From Candidatus Iainarchaeum sp. (GTDB lineage Archaea; Iainarchaeota; Iainarchaeia; Iainarchaeales; JAAZKV01), in contig JAPLVR010000001.1 of NCBI GenBank assembly GCA_026397015.1, positions 1 through 64,000 of the forward strand: a DNA stretch of 64,000 nucleotides, read 5' to 3'. Below, piece after piece: positions 19,123 to 29,518 of this stretch. Within the stretch, counting starts at the first letter, position 1. Every line of letters starts with the position of its first letter. The position numbers were made by a program, and so were the translations under genes. The notes below the pieces were generated by a model. The model searched no databases. It saw only the letters and a list, made by a program, of their open reading frames with translations, and was not told the origin of the DNA.

Positions 19123-20394
19123 ATGAACAAGGACAGCGATTTGCCTTTCACTAAAAAACAAATTGAAGAAATAATAGAAAAATATCCGACGCCCTTCCAC
19201 ATTTATGACGAGAGGGGGATAAGGGAAAATGCCCGCAAACTTTACAAGGCGTTTTCGTGGTGCAAAGGCTTCAAAGAGTATTTTGCCGTAAAAGCCTGCC
19301 CTAACCCGTATTTGATGGAAATATTGAAGGAAGAAGGGTGCGGCACCGATTGCAGTTCTCTTCCAGAACTTATGCTTTCGGAGAAAGTCGGAATCACTGG
19401 TGAAAATATAATGTTCACTTCCAATGACACTCCCGCGGGAGAGTGCAAAAAGGCAAAGGAGCTCGGAGCAATAATAAACCTTGACGATATAACCCACATT
19501 CCTTTTCTTGAAAAATATGCGGGCATTCCTGATTTGATTTGCTTCAGATACAATCCGGGCCCTTTAAGGCAGACAAAGGCCGGAAATGTAATCGGAAATC
19601 CCGAGAGCGCAAAGTACGGCCTTACCCGGCCCCAGCTTTTTGAAGCTTATAAAATAATGAGGCAAAAGGGCGTGAAAAGGTTCGGCATACACACGATGAT
19701 TGCTTCAAACGAATTGGATGCCGATGCGTTTGTCGAAACTGCGCGCATGCTTTTTGAACTTGCGGTTGAAATTTCGCGTGAGGCCGGAATCGAATTCGAA
19801 TTTGTGAATCTTGGCGGCGGGATAGGAATCCCTTATAAGCCGGAGCAAAAAGAGGTTGATTTGAATTTTGTTTCTGAGGGTGTTCGCAGGGAATACGAGG
19901 AAAAAATTGTGAAAAATGGTTTGGTGCCGCTGAAAATATTTATGGAGAACGGCAGAATGATGACAGGTCCCTTCGGTTATCTCATTTCAAGGGCGATTCA
20001 CGAAAAGCACATTTACAAAGAGTACATCGGGTTGGATGCCTGCATGGCAAATCTTATGAGGCCGGCGCTCTACGGCGCGTACCATCACATTACCGTTCTT
20101 GGAAAAGAAAATATGCCCCTCACAAACAAGTATGATGTTGTCGGTTCTTTGTGCGAGAACAATGACAAATTCGCAATTGACAGGATGCTTCCAAAAATAG
20201 GGATGGGTGACATTGTTGCGATTCACAACGCCGGCGGCCACGGTTACGCGATGGGTTTCAATTATAATGGCAAGTTGCGTTCAGCCGAGCTTTTGCTCCG
20301 GCAGAGTGGGAAAGTGAAATTAATTAGGCGCGCGGAAACTCCTTTGGATTACTTTGCGACTTTTAATTTCTCCGGCTCAAAGTACAAATTTTAG
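19123..20394 (+). CDS. lysA: Diaminopimelate decarboxylase
   Basis: TPFHIYDE, FAVKA, NLGGG, ENGR, MRPALYG, GSLCENND, MGFNYNG. Confidence 0.95.
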   Translation: MNKDSDLPFTKKQIEEIIEKYPTPFHIYDERGIRENARKLYKAFSWCKGFKEYFAVKACPNPYLMEILKEEGCGTDCSSLPELMLSEKVGITGENIMFTSNDTPAGECKKAKELGAIINLDDITHIPFLEKYAGIPDLICFRYNPGPLRQTKAGNVIGNPESAKYGLTRPQLFEAYKIMRQKGVKRFGIHTMIASNELDADAFVETARMLFELAVEISREAGIEFEFVNLGGGIGIPYKPEQKEVDLNFVSEGVRREYEEKIVKNGLVPLKIFMENGRMMTGPFGYLISRAIHEKHIYKEYIGLDACMANLMRPALYGAYHHITVLGKENMPLTNKYDVVGSLCENNDKFAIDRMLPKIGMGDIVAIHNAGGHGYAMGFNYNGKLRSAELLLRQSGKVKLIRRAETPLDYFATFNFSGSKYKF

Positions 20395-20489
20395 TTTTTT
20401 TAATTTTTCTTAAATAATTTTTTTGCCTGGTTTTTTTTCTTTCTTTGATTGGTTTCTGTTTTCCAGATTTGGCCACGGCAGAAAAAGAG

Positions 20490-21023
20490 TTATTTTTGAG
20501 GGGCCTGGTGGCCGCCGTTTTCTTCAACGGTTTTCCCTTCTTTCTTTGCGGGGTCGTAAAGGCCCTTTTCAGACTTACAATAAATCCAGTTGAAGTTCAT
20601 TTTGTCGTATTGGAATATTTCACCCTCTTTGAAGAAGCGCGCTATCTCCTCTTTCGCCGTTTCTTCGTCCTTGGAAGCGTGTATGAGGTTTGTCTGCGCG
20701 CTCAGAGAATAATCCCCGCGTATTGTTCCCAGCGCAGCCTCTCTTCCACAGGTGTCTCCTACAAGTTTCCTTACAACGTTTACCGCGTCCTTGCCCTCTA
20801 TAACCATCAGGACACACGGTATGCTTGCCATGTATTCAACGATTTCCTCAAAAAAAGGCTTGTCTTCGTGGTGTTTATAGTGTTCCCGCAGCGTGTAAAC
20901 CTTCAAGTGGTCCATTTTAAGACCCACTATTTTCAGCCCCTTGTCCTCGAATCTCGAAATTATTTTTCCGATAAGGCATCTGTTGACGGCGTCGGGCTTC
21001 GCTATGATTAAAGTTCTTTTCAC
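20490..21023 (-). CDS. ndk: Nucleoside diphosphate kinase
   Basis: RTLIIAKPDAV, GTIRGD, NLIHAS. Confidence 0.95.
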   Translation of the reverse strand: MKRTLIIAKPDAVNRCLIGKIISRFEDKGLKIVGLKMDHLKVYTLREHYKHHEDKPFFEEIVEYMASIPCVLMVIEGKDAVNVVRKLVGDTCGREAALGTIRGDYSLSAQTNLIHASKDEETAKEEIARFFKEGEIFQYDKMNFNWIYCKSEKGLYDPAKKEGKTVEENGGHQAPQK

Positions 21024-21132
21024 AATTTCGACCCCCGAATGAGGAGTTAAGTTCTTTCTGTTAGAACTATTGCGCTTGCCCTTTTTATTACTTTTGTTTT
21101 TGCCATGCTTTTGGGTGCTGATGGCGTTCAGT

Positions 21133-21363
21133 TTATTTCTTGCTTTTCAATCCGAGCAAAGAGAGCACAAATATTATGCTGTACATCGCCAGGCCGTAAA
21201 CGCATGGCGGTATGTCGGCAATGCCGCACGTAACGCCTATTACATTCGAGCATGAACCCTGCCCAGTTGAAAGTTCCCTGAATGAAAGAAAACCCGAGAA
21301 AAGAATTCCTGCGATTGAAATTACAAGAATTATTTTCAACACCAAATCTTTTGATATTCCCAT
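21133..21363 (-). CDS. Small membrane protein with three Cys (VKOR-like fragment)
   Basis: Two TM helices around CS..CG..PPCVYG. Confidence 0.6.
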   Translation of the reverse strand: MGISKDLVLKIILVISIAGILFSGFLSFRELSTGQGSCSNVIGVTCGIADIPPCVYGLAMYSIIFVLSLLGLKSKK

Positions 21364-21396
21364 TTGATCACCTTCGATTTTAACTTTTTTATTCAA

Positions 21397-21469
21397 CGCC
21401 CGAGGTAGGATTTGAACCTACGACCATTCGATTAACAGTCGAATGCTCTACCTGCTGAGCTACTCGGGC
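21397..21469 (-). tRNA. tRNA-Asn(GTT)
   Basis: Full cloverleaf GCCCGAG..CTCGGGC-G, anticodon loop CT-GTT-AA, no encoded CCA. Confidence 0.97.
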
Positions 21470-21673
21470 ACGGCTGCTCAATCAGCCGGCACTTGGGCAG
21501 CATCTTCGCTTGCGTTCGATGCAGCGTGCCTCGCTTTGCTCGGCATTTTTGTTGCGCCAGCTGATTCTATTTAACATTTGACTTGGAATTCTTTTATAAA
21601 GTTTTGTTGTTGGAGAAAGGCTTGTTTTTTGTGGGCGCATTGGCGTTTTTATTTTTCTGAATAAATTTTTTAT

Positions 21674-22417
21674 CTATCTGCTTGGTCTGTTCACTTCTTT
21701 CTTGAAGCAATTTTCCATCATTTCCAACACATTTTCGTGTGTTCCTATGTACCATCCTTTTTTTTCCGCTTTTGCGAGGAGTTCTTTTGACGGGTTCAAG
21801 GCAATCGGTTTCTTCACGTTTTCAAAAATCGCCTTGTCCTGGATGCTGTCGCCCATCCCCATCGTTTTTTCCCTGTCGATGCCGTATTTTTTGATGAGCG
21901 CCTGAATTTCCTCCGCTTTTCCCTTTTCCAAATAAAGCTCGTTTTCGATGAAATTGGTTATTTTTGTGTTCGAAGTCCTGATTTTCATTCCCGAGAAACT
22001 ATCTGCGCCTATTTCTTCGGCGAAAAGCCCTGCCAGTTCTTCCCATCCTGCGCTTATCAAAAGGAACAAATAATCCTTCTCGTGGAGCAGCTTTACAAGC
22101 GGTTTCGTACTTTTGTAGATATTTTTTCCCTTCCATTCCTCGAAAAAGTCCCTTGCCAGCCGCTTTGCCTCTTCCACAGGCAATCCGTCCAGACAATCAG
22201 CAACGCTCCTGCTCCATTTTGGAACCAAATCAATATACTTTATTTTTCCTTCCTTGTAGCTTTGCATAAGTCTTTCATGCCTTCCAAATGGCTCTTTCTT
22301 CAAAATTCCTTTCTCGGCAAGATGCCTGATGAAGTCAACAGTGATAAATCCGCTGGAAAGAGTTCCATCTATGTCTGAAAAAACTGCCTTTGAAGCCAAA
22401 GTGTTCCCACCACACAT
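21674..22417 (-). CDS. HAD-IB phosphatase (SerB-like)
   Basis: DIDGTL, ISAG, K, GDSIQD, LNP motifs. Confidence 0.88.
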   Translation of the reverse strand: MCGGNTLASKAVFSDIDGTLSSGFITVDFIRHLAEKGILKKEPFGRHERLMQSYKEGKIKYIDLVPKWSRSVADCLDGLPVEEAKRLARDFFEEWKGKNIYKSTKPLVKLLHEKDYLFLLISAGWEELAGLFAEEIGADSFSGMKIRTSNTKITNFIENELYLEKGKAEEIQALIKKYGIDREKTMGMGDSIQDKAIFENVKKPIALNPSKELLAKAEKKGWYIGTHENVLEMMENCFKKEVNRPSR

Positions 22418-23007
22418 TTAAACAGTCAAAATGGTGATAATACTATTGTATAGTGGTCAAAATGGTAATAATAATATCGTTTGGCTTTTCGCCATCTCAA
22501 AACCAATAATAACCATACATATACATAACCAACTTTTTTAACATTTTCAAAGATTTTTATTTTTTGTTATGAAGAGGTGTTTCTACATAAGTGCTTTTTT
22601 CAGTGTTCAGGGGGCGGTTTAAACATAACCAAAACGCCCCTAGTATACATAAAATAATAAATTTTTTAGTTGTTTATTATTGCTTTGTTTGTTTTTTTGT
22701 GCATTTTTATTGGCTATTAGTTAATTTTAACCAATTTTAACACTTTTAATTTTTTATTTTAGTAGTTAATGATTGAATTGTTCGGATTCCAGCCAATTTT
22801 TTAGAAAATGGTTCAAAATCGGAATGAAAGTGTCGAAAGTTTCCCCCTAAAAATTTTCAACCTTGATTTTTTTCCCCCATTTCAAAATCGGCGTGTTAAA
22901 ATGGTTGCATTTTTGGAGAAATGCTTATTAAGTAGTTAATGCGTATAATAGTTCAGAATAATTTTTCTCTAACTTTGTTAGAGTATGGAACGTGGAGGGG
23001 TGATATC

Positions 23008-24102
23008 ATGAAGTCTATAATAGAAAATGCGATTGGAGGAAAATCTCCCAAAGTATCCGAAGATAAATTGGAAGAATTTGGTACTCCAAAAATAATGGTA
23101 ATAGGGGTAGGAGGAGCCGGCTGTAACGCAGTTAATAGAATCGCCGACATGGGAGTTTCAGGGGCACAGTTAGTTGCTATCAACACTGATAAGCAGCACT
23201 TGGCTATTGTAAACGACGACCTCACAAAAATCCTCATAGGAAAAAGTGTTACTAGGGGATTGGGTGCAGGAGGCTATCCGGAAGTTGGTGCAAAAGCTGC
23301 GGAAGTTTCAAGAAACGCTTTGGAAGAAATACTTTCAGGCGTCGATATGTTATTTATTTCAGCAGGTATGGGTGGCGGAACAGGAACAGGAGCTGCGCCG
23401 GTAGTTGCTGAAATAGCAAAAGCGCAGGGAGCAATAGTAATAGCTATTGTTACTTACCCGTTCGCCCTTGAAAAAGCAAGATTAATCAAGGCTGAAGAAG
23501 GAATCGAATCTTTGAGAAAAGTAACCGACACGGTTGTAGTAATCGATAACAACAGATTGGTTGAATTGGTCCCTAATTTGCCAATACAAGACGCTTTCAA
23601 AGTTGCGGACGAAGTAATTGCAAGAACCGTAAGAGGAATTACAGAAACAATTACTCAGCCTTCATTGATCAACTTGGATTACGCGGATGTTCGCTCAATA
23701 ATGAGCAATAAGGGCCTCTCAGTAATCGCGGTTGGAGAGTCAAAAAGCGTTGATAAGGTAAACGAGGTTGTTGAAGACACTTTGAAGAACGCGCTTTTGG
23801 ACATCGATGTCAGGGGAGCAACAGGCTGCCTTATACACATCACAGGCGGACCCGACCTGACACTCGGAGAAGCTAACAGCGTTGGTGAAATGCTTACCGA
23901 CAAGATAGACCCTAAGGCAACTGTAATTTGGGGCGCGAGAGTAGATCCAAGCTTCGAAAACAGAATGGAAGTAATCTGCATCTTCACAGGAATCCACAGC
24001 CCTTTCATAAGGGGCCCGGTTGGAGACGACAGCAGAAGCGGCAGCAGAATTGGCGGCGGCAGAAGCAGAGACAGAGACTTGGACATAGATTTCGTTCGAT
24101 AA
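23008..24102 (+). CDS. ftsZ: Cell division protein FtsZ (FtsZ2-like)
   Basis: GGAGCN, GMGGGTGTG, PSLINLDYAD; strong SD GGAGGGGTGA. Confidence 0.97.
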   Translation: MKSIIENAIGGKSPKVSEDKLEEFGTPKIMVIGVGGAGCNAVNRIADMGVSGAQLVAINTDKQHLAIVNDDLTKILIGKSVTRGLGAGGYPEVGAKAAEVSRNALEEILSGVDMLFISAGMGGGTGTGAAPVVAEIAKAQGAIVIAIVTYPFALEKARLIKAEEGIESLRKVTDTVVVIDNNRLVELVPNLPIQDAFKVADEVIARTVRGITETITQPSLINLDYADVRSIMSNKGLSVIAVGESKSVDKVNEVVEDTLKNALLDIDVRGATGCLIHITGGPDLTLGEANSVGEMLTDKIDPKATVIWGARVDPSFENRMEVICIFTGIHSPFIRGPVGDDSRSGSRIGGGRSRDRDLDIDFVR

Positions 24103-24123
24103 ATAAATTTTCAAATTTGAGGA

Positions 24124-24156
24124 AGGGGCTCCAAGCCCCTATCCCTCCCTTTTTTT
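24124..24156 (+). terminator. Hairpin plus T-tract after ftsZ
   Basis: AGGGGCT-CCA-AGCCCCT followed by T7. Confidence 0.6.
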
Positions 24157-24229
24157 AATTATTTTTTCTTTTGCAGCCTGCCGCACGTATTAGTTTCCTT
24201 TATATTTCTTGCCGCTTTCTACTCTTACA

Positions 24230-25804
24230 ATGGTTAAAAAAAGTTTTCACGCCCATTCTCGCCAAAAAATCCCTGCGGCGAAAAAAAAGGTTAAGCCGTT
24301 CGTTTTGAATAAAAAGAAGGGCTTTCTTTTTGCGGGAATTTTAATTTTAACTGCGTTAATTGAATTTTTTCTTTCAGGCGTGACGCCCTGGTTCTGGCTT
24401 TTCATCGTTCTCGGCGCTCTTGTGCTGCTTCCGAATGTCATCCTGTCCTTTTTCAAATTTTCCCGCCCGTATTTGATTCCCTATTTTATCACGATGGTTA
24501 AAACAAAGAGATTTGTTCAAACCATAAAAAATATCTCCCACTTCGGAAAGATTTGGGAAAAATTCTGCATTTTCGGTATTTTCGTCGGATTCGGCCTCGC
24601 CGGAATCGATTACTGGAAAGCAAGAAAACTGCCGAAGCGGAAAAGAATTTTTGTTCTCCTTCTTTCATCCGTTTTGCTCTGTGTTTTTTTGTACGTTTGC
24701 CTTGCCCTTCTGATGCCCGCTATTTTCACGGTCTCTTTTTTCAAGCCGCTGATAATTCCGCTTTTCATCGGCTTTATTCTGCTTGGTTTCGGCGGTTTTA
24801 GCTTTGCAATTTTGCTCGGTTACGGCGCCCTTTCCGTAAACTCGATTTTTACAAACATCCAAATCTGCCCGAATGTCGCCCCCGTTCTTCCTGGCGTGCC
24901 GATTCCGGGGCTGGGTGTCGTGATTCCATTGGTGGGATGGATTTCTTTGGGAATTATTCTTGTTGTTCATGAAACCAGCCACGGAATGATACTTGCGTTC
25001 TATATGAAGAAAATAAAATCCGTAGGGCTGTTGCTTGCAGGAATCTTCCCAATAGGCGCCTTTGTAGAGGAGAGTGAAAAGAGTTTCAACAAACTGCCTG
25101 ACAGAAAGAAACTTTTGGTTTTGAGCGCCGGCTCAACGATAAATCTGGTAACAATTCCTGTTGCCTTGATTTTGCTTTTCATTTTTTCGCTTTTGTTTTC
25201 CGCGCCAATCGAGAGCCAGATGAACCTGCTGTACAACGGACTAAAAGTAGATTCAGTTGATCAGAATGTGAGTTTTTGCGGCGTCACAAAGCCCGGCGCC
25301 TCTTACGGAAAACTGCTTGCGGAAGACAAAGTGATTTCTATTGACGGGAAAAAGATAGAAAAAATGTCGGATGTAAATGCGCAGATTTTAAACAACAAAA
25401 ATATTTCGTTTGTAGTTTTGCGCGACGGAAACACGATTGATGTTAATGTGACGCCGGTTGAATTTGAGAGCCTCGGCGTGAAAAAAATCGGCGTACAGTT
25501 CAGCCTGATTAAGGCTGAAAAAGAAGCGCCTGTTTGGTTCTACCCCGCGCTTTGGCTCGACAACTCAATTTTTTGGATTCTTCTGCTGCTTTGGGTTTTG
25601 AGTTTTGCAATCGGCACCTTCAATTACATTCCAGTGGATCCTTTTGACGGCGGAAAGATGGCGAAAATAATTTTGCTGCCTTACTTCAGTTTCCTCGGCA
25701 TGCCGAAGGATGACACCGGGCGCTTCATCGGCAGGCTTTTCCTCTGGCTCTTCATAGGTTCGCTGCTTCTGAATCTGATTCCTTACTTTACAATGATAAT
25801 TTGA
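24230..25804 (+). CDS. Site-2 protease (M50) with PDZ domain
   Basis: HETSH, GAFVE, NYIPVDPFDGG; PDZ-like DKVISIDG. Confidence 0.9.
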   Translation: MVKKSFHAHSRQKIPAAKKKVKPFVLNKKKGFLFAGILILTALIEFFLSGVTPWFWLFIVLGALVLLPNVILSFFKFSRPYLIPYFITMVKTKRFVQTIKNISHFGKIWEKFCIFGIFVGFGLAGIDYWKARKLPKRKRIFVLLLSSVLLCVFLYVCLALLMPAIFTVSFFKPLIIPLFIGFILLGFGGFSFAILLGYGALSVNSIFTNIQICPNVAPVLPGVPIPGLGVVIPLVGWISLGIILVVHETSHGMILAFYMKKIKSVGLLLAGIFPIGAFVEESEKSFNKLPDRKKLLVLSAGSTINLVTIPVALILLFIFSLLFSAPIESQMNLLYNGLKVDSVDQNVSFCGVTKPGASYGKLLAEDKVISIDGKKIEKMSDVNAQILNNKNISFVVLRDGNTIDVNVTPVEFESLGVKKIGVQFSLIKAEKEAPVWFYPALWLDNSIFWILLLLWVLSFAIGTFNYIPVDPFDGGKMAKIILLPYFSFLGMPKDDTGRFIGRLFLWLFIGSLLLNLIPYFTMII

Positions 25805-25902
25805 ATAAGATGAAATTAGGCGCTTGACTATTTTATTGTAGGAAAAGGGTTTAATTAATCTTTCCAATCACACTGCTTTTGTAGAGCAATCGCTGTGGTT
25901 TT

Positions 25903-26937
25903 ATGGGTGTAAACCTTTCGGATTTGGCAGAGAAGAAAGAAATTTCCCTCGACTTTCTCGCGGGAAAACGTGTAGGAATAGACTCTTACAATATGCTTTA
26001 CCAGTTTCTCGCTTCGATAAGGGGCGCCGATGGTTTGCCTCTTGCCGATTCGCACGGAAACACAACAAGCCATCTTGCCGGCCTTTTTTACAGGACAATT
26101 AATTTGATTGAGAAAGAGATTCAGCCGATTTACATTTTTGACGGCAAGCCACCCGAATTGAAAAGAGAAACGCTGAGAAAGCGAAGGGCTGTAAGAACGG
26201 ATGCGGAAGAAAAATCTTCGACGGCATTGAAGGAGGGCAATTTGGAGGAAGCGAGAAAAATGGGTTCCCGCGCATTGAAAATGACTCCTGAAATGGTTGA
26301 AGAAGCGAAACAACTTTTGCGGTTGATGGGAATTCCCGTAATTGAATCCCCTCAGGAGGGGGAAGCACAGGCTTCGGTTATGGCATCAAAAGGCCAGCTT
26401 TTCGGCGTCGCAAGCCAGGACTTTGACTGTCTTCTCTTCGGCGCAAACAATTTGTTTAGAAATGTCGGCATCACTGGAAAAAGAAAGGTTGCGGGAAAAA
26501 ATTTTTATGTGGAGATAAGGCCGCAGCATATAGAACTTAATAATGTGTTAAAGCAATTGCGCATCGACAGAAGAAAACTTATTTGGCTCGGCATTCTGAT
26601 TGGAACGGATTTCAACGAAAAGTTTCCGAAAATCGGCCCGAAAACCGCCCTTAAACTTGTTCAGCAGCACAATTCTTTTGAAGAAATAATTTCGGCTGCA
26701 AAATTTGAGCCAGAGTTTGATTACAAAGAAATTGAAAATGTTTTTATGAATCCCTCAAGCAGGGAAGTTGATGCAAAGGAGTTTGAAATTAAAAAGCCGG
26801 ACAAGGAAAAGCTGGTTGATTTTTTGGTTGCGAAACACGATTTTTCAGCCGAGAGGATTGGGAACGCTCTCGATAGGATTATTTCTGCGCGCGAGGAAAA
26901 AGAAAAGCAAAAAAGCATCAATCAGTGGTTCGGCTGA
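25903..26937 (+). CDS. fen: Flap endonuclease 1
   Basis: MGVNL, YQFLASIR, FDGKPP, EGEAQA, SQDFD, GTDFN, C-terminal PIP box QKSINQWF. Confidence 0.97.
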   Translation: MGVNLSDLAEKKEISLDFLAGKRVGIDSYNMLYQFLASIRGADGLPLADSHGNTTSHLAGLFYRTINLIEKEIQPIYIFDGKPPELKRETLRKRRAVRTDAEEKSSTALKEGNLEEARKMGSRALKMTPEMVEEAKQLLRLMGIPVIESPQEGEAQASVMASKGQLFGVASQDFDCLLFGANNLFRNVGITGKRKVAGKNFYVEIRPQHIELNNVLKQLRIDRRKLIWLGILIGTDFNEKFPKIGPKTALKLVQQHNSFEEIISAAKFEPEFDYKEIENVFMNPSSREVDAKEFEIKKPDKEKLVDFLVAKHDFSAERIGNALDRIISAREEKEKQKSINQWFG

Positions 26938-27056
26938 ATTTTTTTCACAAAAAATCTTCTCTGTTTTTAAATTCTTCCAACGGAATTTTTCTATGAAAAT
27001 TTTTGATGCGCATGTGCATAACTGGAATGACGTGCCCGCCAAAATTTGAAATTTGC

Positions 27057-27884
27057 CTAAATGAATAAAACTGAAACGTATGCCGCCAGGCTTATGAGCA
27101 TTCCTATCTTTGAGTATTCCTGGCTTTTTTTGAAATTCTTTTTAATCAACTGCAGATAGGAATAACTGAAAATTATTGCGGTCGAGATAATAAGAATGAG
27201 GTAAATGGTCCCAAGCCCGATGAGCCAGTACGCGTAAAGCGCGACAAACACTGCCAGCGTGTAATCCGCCGCGATTAAAATTTTTGCCGAAAGGGGCGCC
27301 CTCATAGGCAGGCTAACCTTGAATCCCTTGTCTTTTTTTATGTCTTCAAAATCCTTTGTTAATTCTCTTGCCAGGTTTGCGAAGAGCGCGCTCAGCGCAA
27401 ACAAAATCACGATAGGCATTATTCCGTTGGGCGATGCCGCCGCACCGAAAACGAAAGTAAATGCCGTTCCGGATGCAACCACAAAGTTTCCGAGGTACTT
27501 TGCCTTTCCCATCGCCGCCGAGTAAATTATCAGAAGGAATGCAAATGCAATTGCTATTGTAATTGCCGTAAAATTTAATGGGATTGCCGCAAGCACTCCG
27601 AGCAGGAAAAGGGCAAACGCCATATTAAGCGCGTCGCCTTTTGCGATTTTTCCGCTTGGAATCGGCCTTTTTTTCGAAATTTTTGCGTCCATTTTCGCAT
27701 CAAAAACATCGTTTATTGCCTGCCCTGCGCCGCAAATCAAAAAAACCGAAACCATTGCAAGAAGCAAAGGCATTGAGACAGAAAGTTCCGCAGTTGAAAG
27801 AAAATAGCCGATTGCGACCCCTGCTGCCGCCATTGCGCAGTTTCCGACGCGCATAAGCTGCAGCAAAGCTTTGATTTTTTTCAT
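27057..27884 (-). CDS. Digeranylgeranylglyceryl phosphate synthase (UbiA family)
   Basis: INDVFD..D....RPIPSG and ARELTKDFEDIKKD Asp-rich motifs. Confidence 0.85.
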   Translation of the reverse strand: MKKIKALLQLMRVGNCAMAAAGVAIGYFLSTAELSVSMPLLLAMVSVFLICGAGQAINDVFDAKMDAKISKKRPIPSGKIAKGDALNMAFALFLLGVLAAIPLNFTAITIAIAFAFLLIIYSAAMGKAKYLGNFVVASGTAFTFVFGAAASPNGIMPIVILFALSALFANLARELTKDFEDIKKDKGFKVSLPMRAPLSAKILIAADYTLAVFVALYAYWLIGLGTIYLILIISTAIIFSYSYLQLIKKNFKKSQEYSKIGMLISLAAYVSVLFI

Positions 27885-27943
27885 CAGAATAGAATAGGGT
27901 TGAACCTAGTTTAAAAGTTTTTTGTTTTCGGGCTTTTATTGAT

Positions 27944-28105
27944 TTACACTGACTTTCTTCTTTTCTTCTTTTGCCTTATTCTCTTGCCGTAGCATTTCCT
28001 GCACCTTGGCGGCTTGCCCGTTCCGCACCTTAATCTGGCGTTGCATGTCTGGCACACATAAACATTCTTGAAATTTCTTTCCAAAGCTTCTTTTATGTCC
28101 GCCAT
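27944..28105 (-). CDS. rpl40e: Ribosomal protein eL40
   Basis: VCQTCNAR..RCRKC...IRQKK; GGTGG SD. Confidence 0.85.
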   Translation of the reverse strand: MADIKEALERNFKNVYVCQTCNARLRCGTGKPPRCRKCYGKRIRQKKKRRKSV

Positions 28106-28303
28106 TTCAGCCCACCGATTTTTCCTTAACAAGAATTTGATACAAATATTTATAAAGCATTTTAGTAGCATCTTTCTAGAAGCTCTGCCGAAGGCAAGCT
28201 GTATTAGGCGAAAAACGTATTTTTTTGTCAGGTTTAAAATTGCGAAGCATGCTCTATCGAGCGAAGCGAAGATAGTGCTTCGTTCCCGCCTGGCGAAACA
28301 GGC

Positions 28304-28483
28304 GCCCCGATAGTGCAGTGGTCAAGCACACGAGCCTTTCAGAGCCTACCCCTTTTCTTTTTTGCGAAAAAAGAAAAGTGTTAGTATCCCAAAAGAAAAA
28401 GACATATTCGTTATCGCGAACATGGATTGTTTTTTTGTTGCTGAAGGTAGCTTGTAACCCGGGTTCGAATCCCGGCCGGGGTA
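28304..28483 (+). tRNA. tRNA-Glu(TTC) with 107-nt intron at 37/38 (intron 28342-28448)
   Basis: Exons 28304-28341 and 28449-28483 form a cloverleaf; BHB with CTTT/GAAG helix and bulges CA|G and GT|A. Confidence 0.92.
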
Positions 28484-28580
28484 TGCTATTTTGGATTGAA
28501 TTAGTTTACTGATTTCATTGCCGCCAATTTTGTTTTTAAAGAACAGAAGTTGGTGTTATTGCACGGAAGATTTTTTTGCG

Positions 28581-29399
28581 CTATTTGAATTGTTTTAGTG
28601 TTTGTTCGCGTATCATATCAGCCACGGTGGCGTTTTTTGTGAGAACGAGGTTGAATTTTGCGCGGGTGTCGTATAAATGACGGAGTATTTTGTCAAAGTC
28701 TAGTTTTAGCGTACTTTTCGAGTTGCAGTATTTATCCCATTTGAGCCGAAAGTCGGCTGGAAAATATAAGTAGCAAACGTAGTCGCCTCTTACCCACGTG
28801 TCTGGATTAAAGGGCGCATCCATTCCGAGTTTTACTTTTGCGCCCATTTTTTCGTATTCTTCTTTAAAGCTTTTATTGAGAGGCGTTTCTGAGTGGCAAA
28901 GGATATAGATATCGTTTACTGCGATTGATAGTTTCATGCGTTGGTATTCTGTGTTTGAGAGGCTAAAAGGAGGGTAAAGCGTCCACCAGTGGAATACTGT
29001 TTTCTTATTCTCGGGGTTTGGGAAGTCTATGGCAAAGTCCATGACAAAGTGGGCTACTTCGGTGAGGGTTTTGAGTGAATGGTTGATTGTTCCTTTGTTT
29101 TCAAGTTGGGCAAAGGAAATGGCTTTTTCGCCGTAGCAATCGCTTATTTTTTCAAACCGATTCTTTTCTTTCTCAACCCACTTAATGTCCAATTCGCACT
29201 TGCCGTCAATTTTTCGTATCACTCCCTTGGCGATGAGCCTGCACACTATTTTGTGAACTGCCTGATAGGTTACACCAAAACCGTGTTCACGGTTTATGCG
29301 GGAATAAATGGATTTTATTGATAACGGCCATTCGGCGGAAAGAATTGAGACAACCGCGTCAGCAGAAGAACCTATTCTGCCCTTAAGGGGCGAAGCCAT
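28581..29399 (-). CDS. wHTH-containing putative regulator
   Basis: WPLSIKSIY..VTYQAVHK..L..KGVI winged helix. Confidence 0.7.
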   Translation of the reverse strand: MASPLKGRIGSSADAVVSILSAEWPLSIKSIYSRINREHGFGVTYQAVHKIVCRLIAKGVIRKIDGKCELDIKWVEKEKNRFEKISDCYGEKAISFAQLENKGTINHSLKTLTEVAHFVMDFAIDFPNPENKKTVFHWWTLYPPFSLSNTEYQRMKLSIAVNDIYILCHSETPLNKSFKEEYEKMGAKVKLGMDAPFNPDTWVRGDYVCYLYFPADFRLKWDKYCNSKSTLKLDFDKILRHLYDTRAKFNLVLTKNATVADMIREQTLKQFK

Positions 29400-29518
29400 A
29401 CCTTATTTTAACAAAAATAACTGTTTTTAACCCATGTGTTCATTCTGTTCGCCTAACTTTTGGATTGTGGTTTTTGTGCCTTTTATGTGGTCACAAATGG
29501 TAATCAGATTTTAAATTC

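Noticed and set aside
28342-28448. C/D box guide RNA in the tRNA-Glu intron
   Set aside because: CTGA lies near the 3' end but no RUGAUGA-like C box or convincing guide is visible
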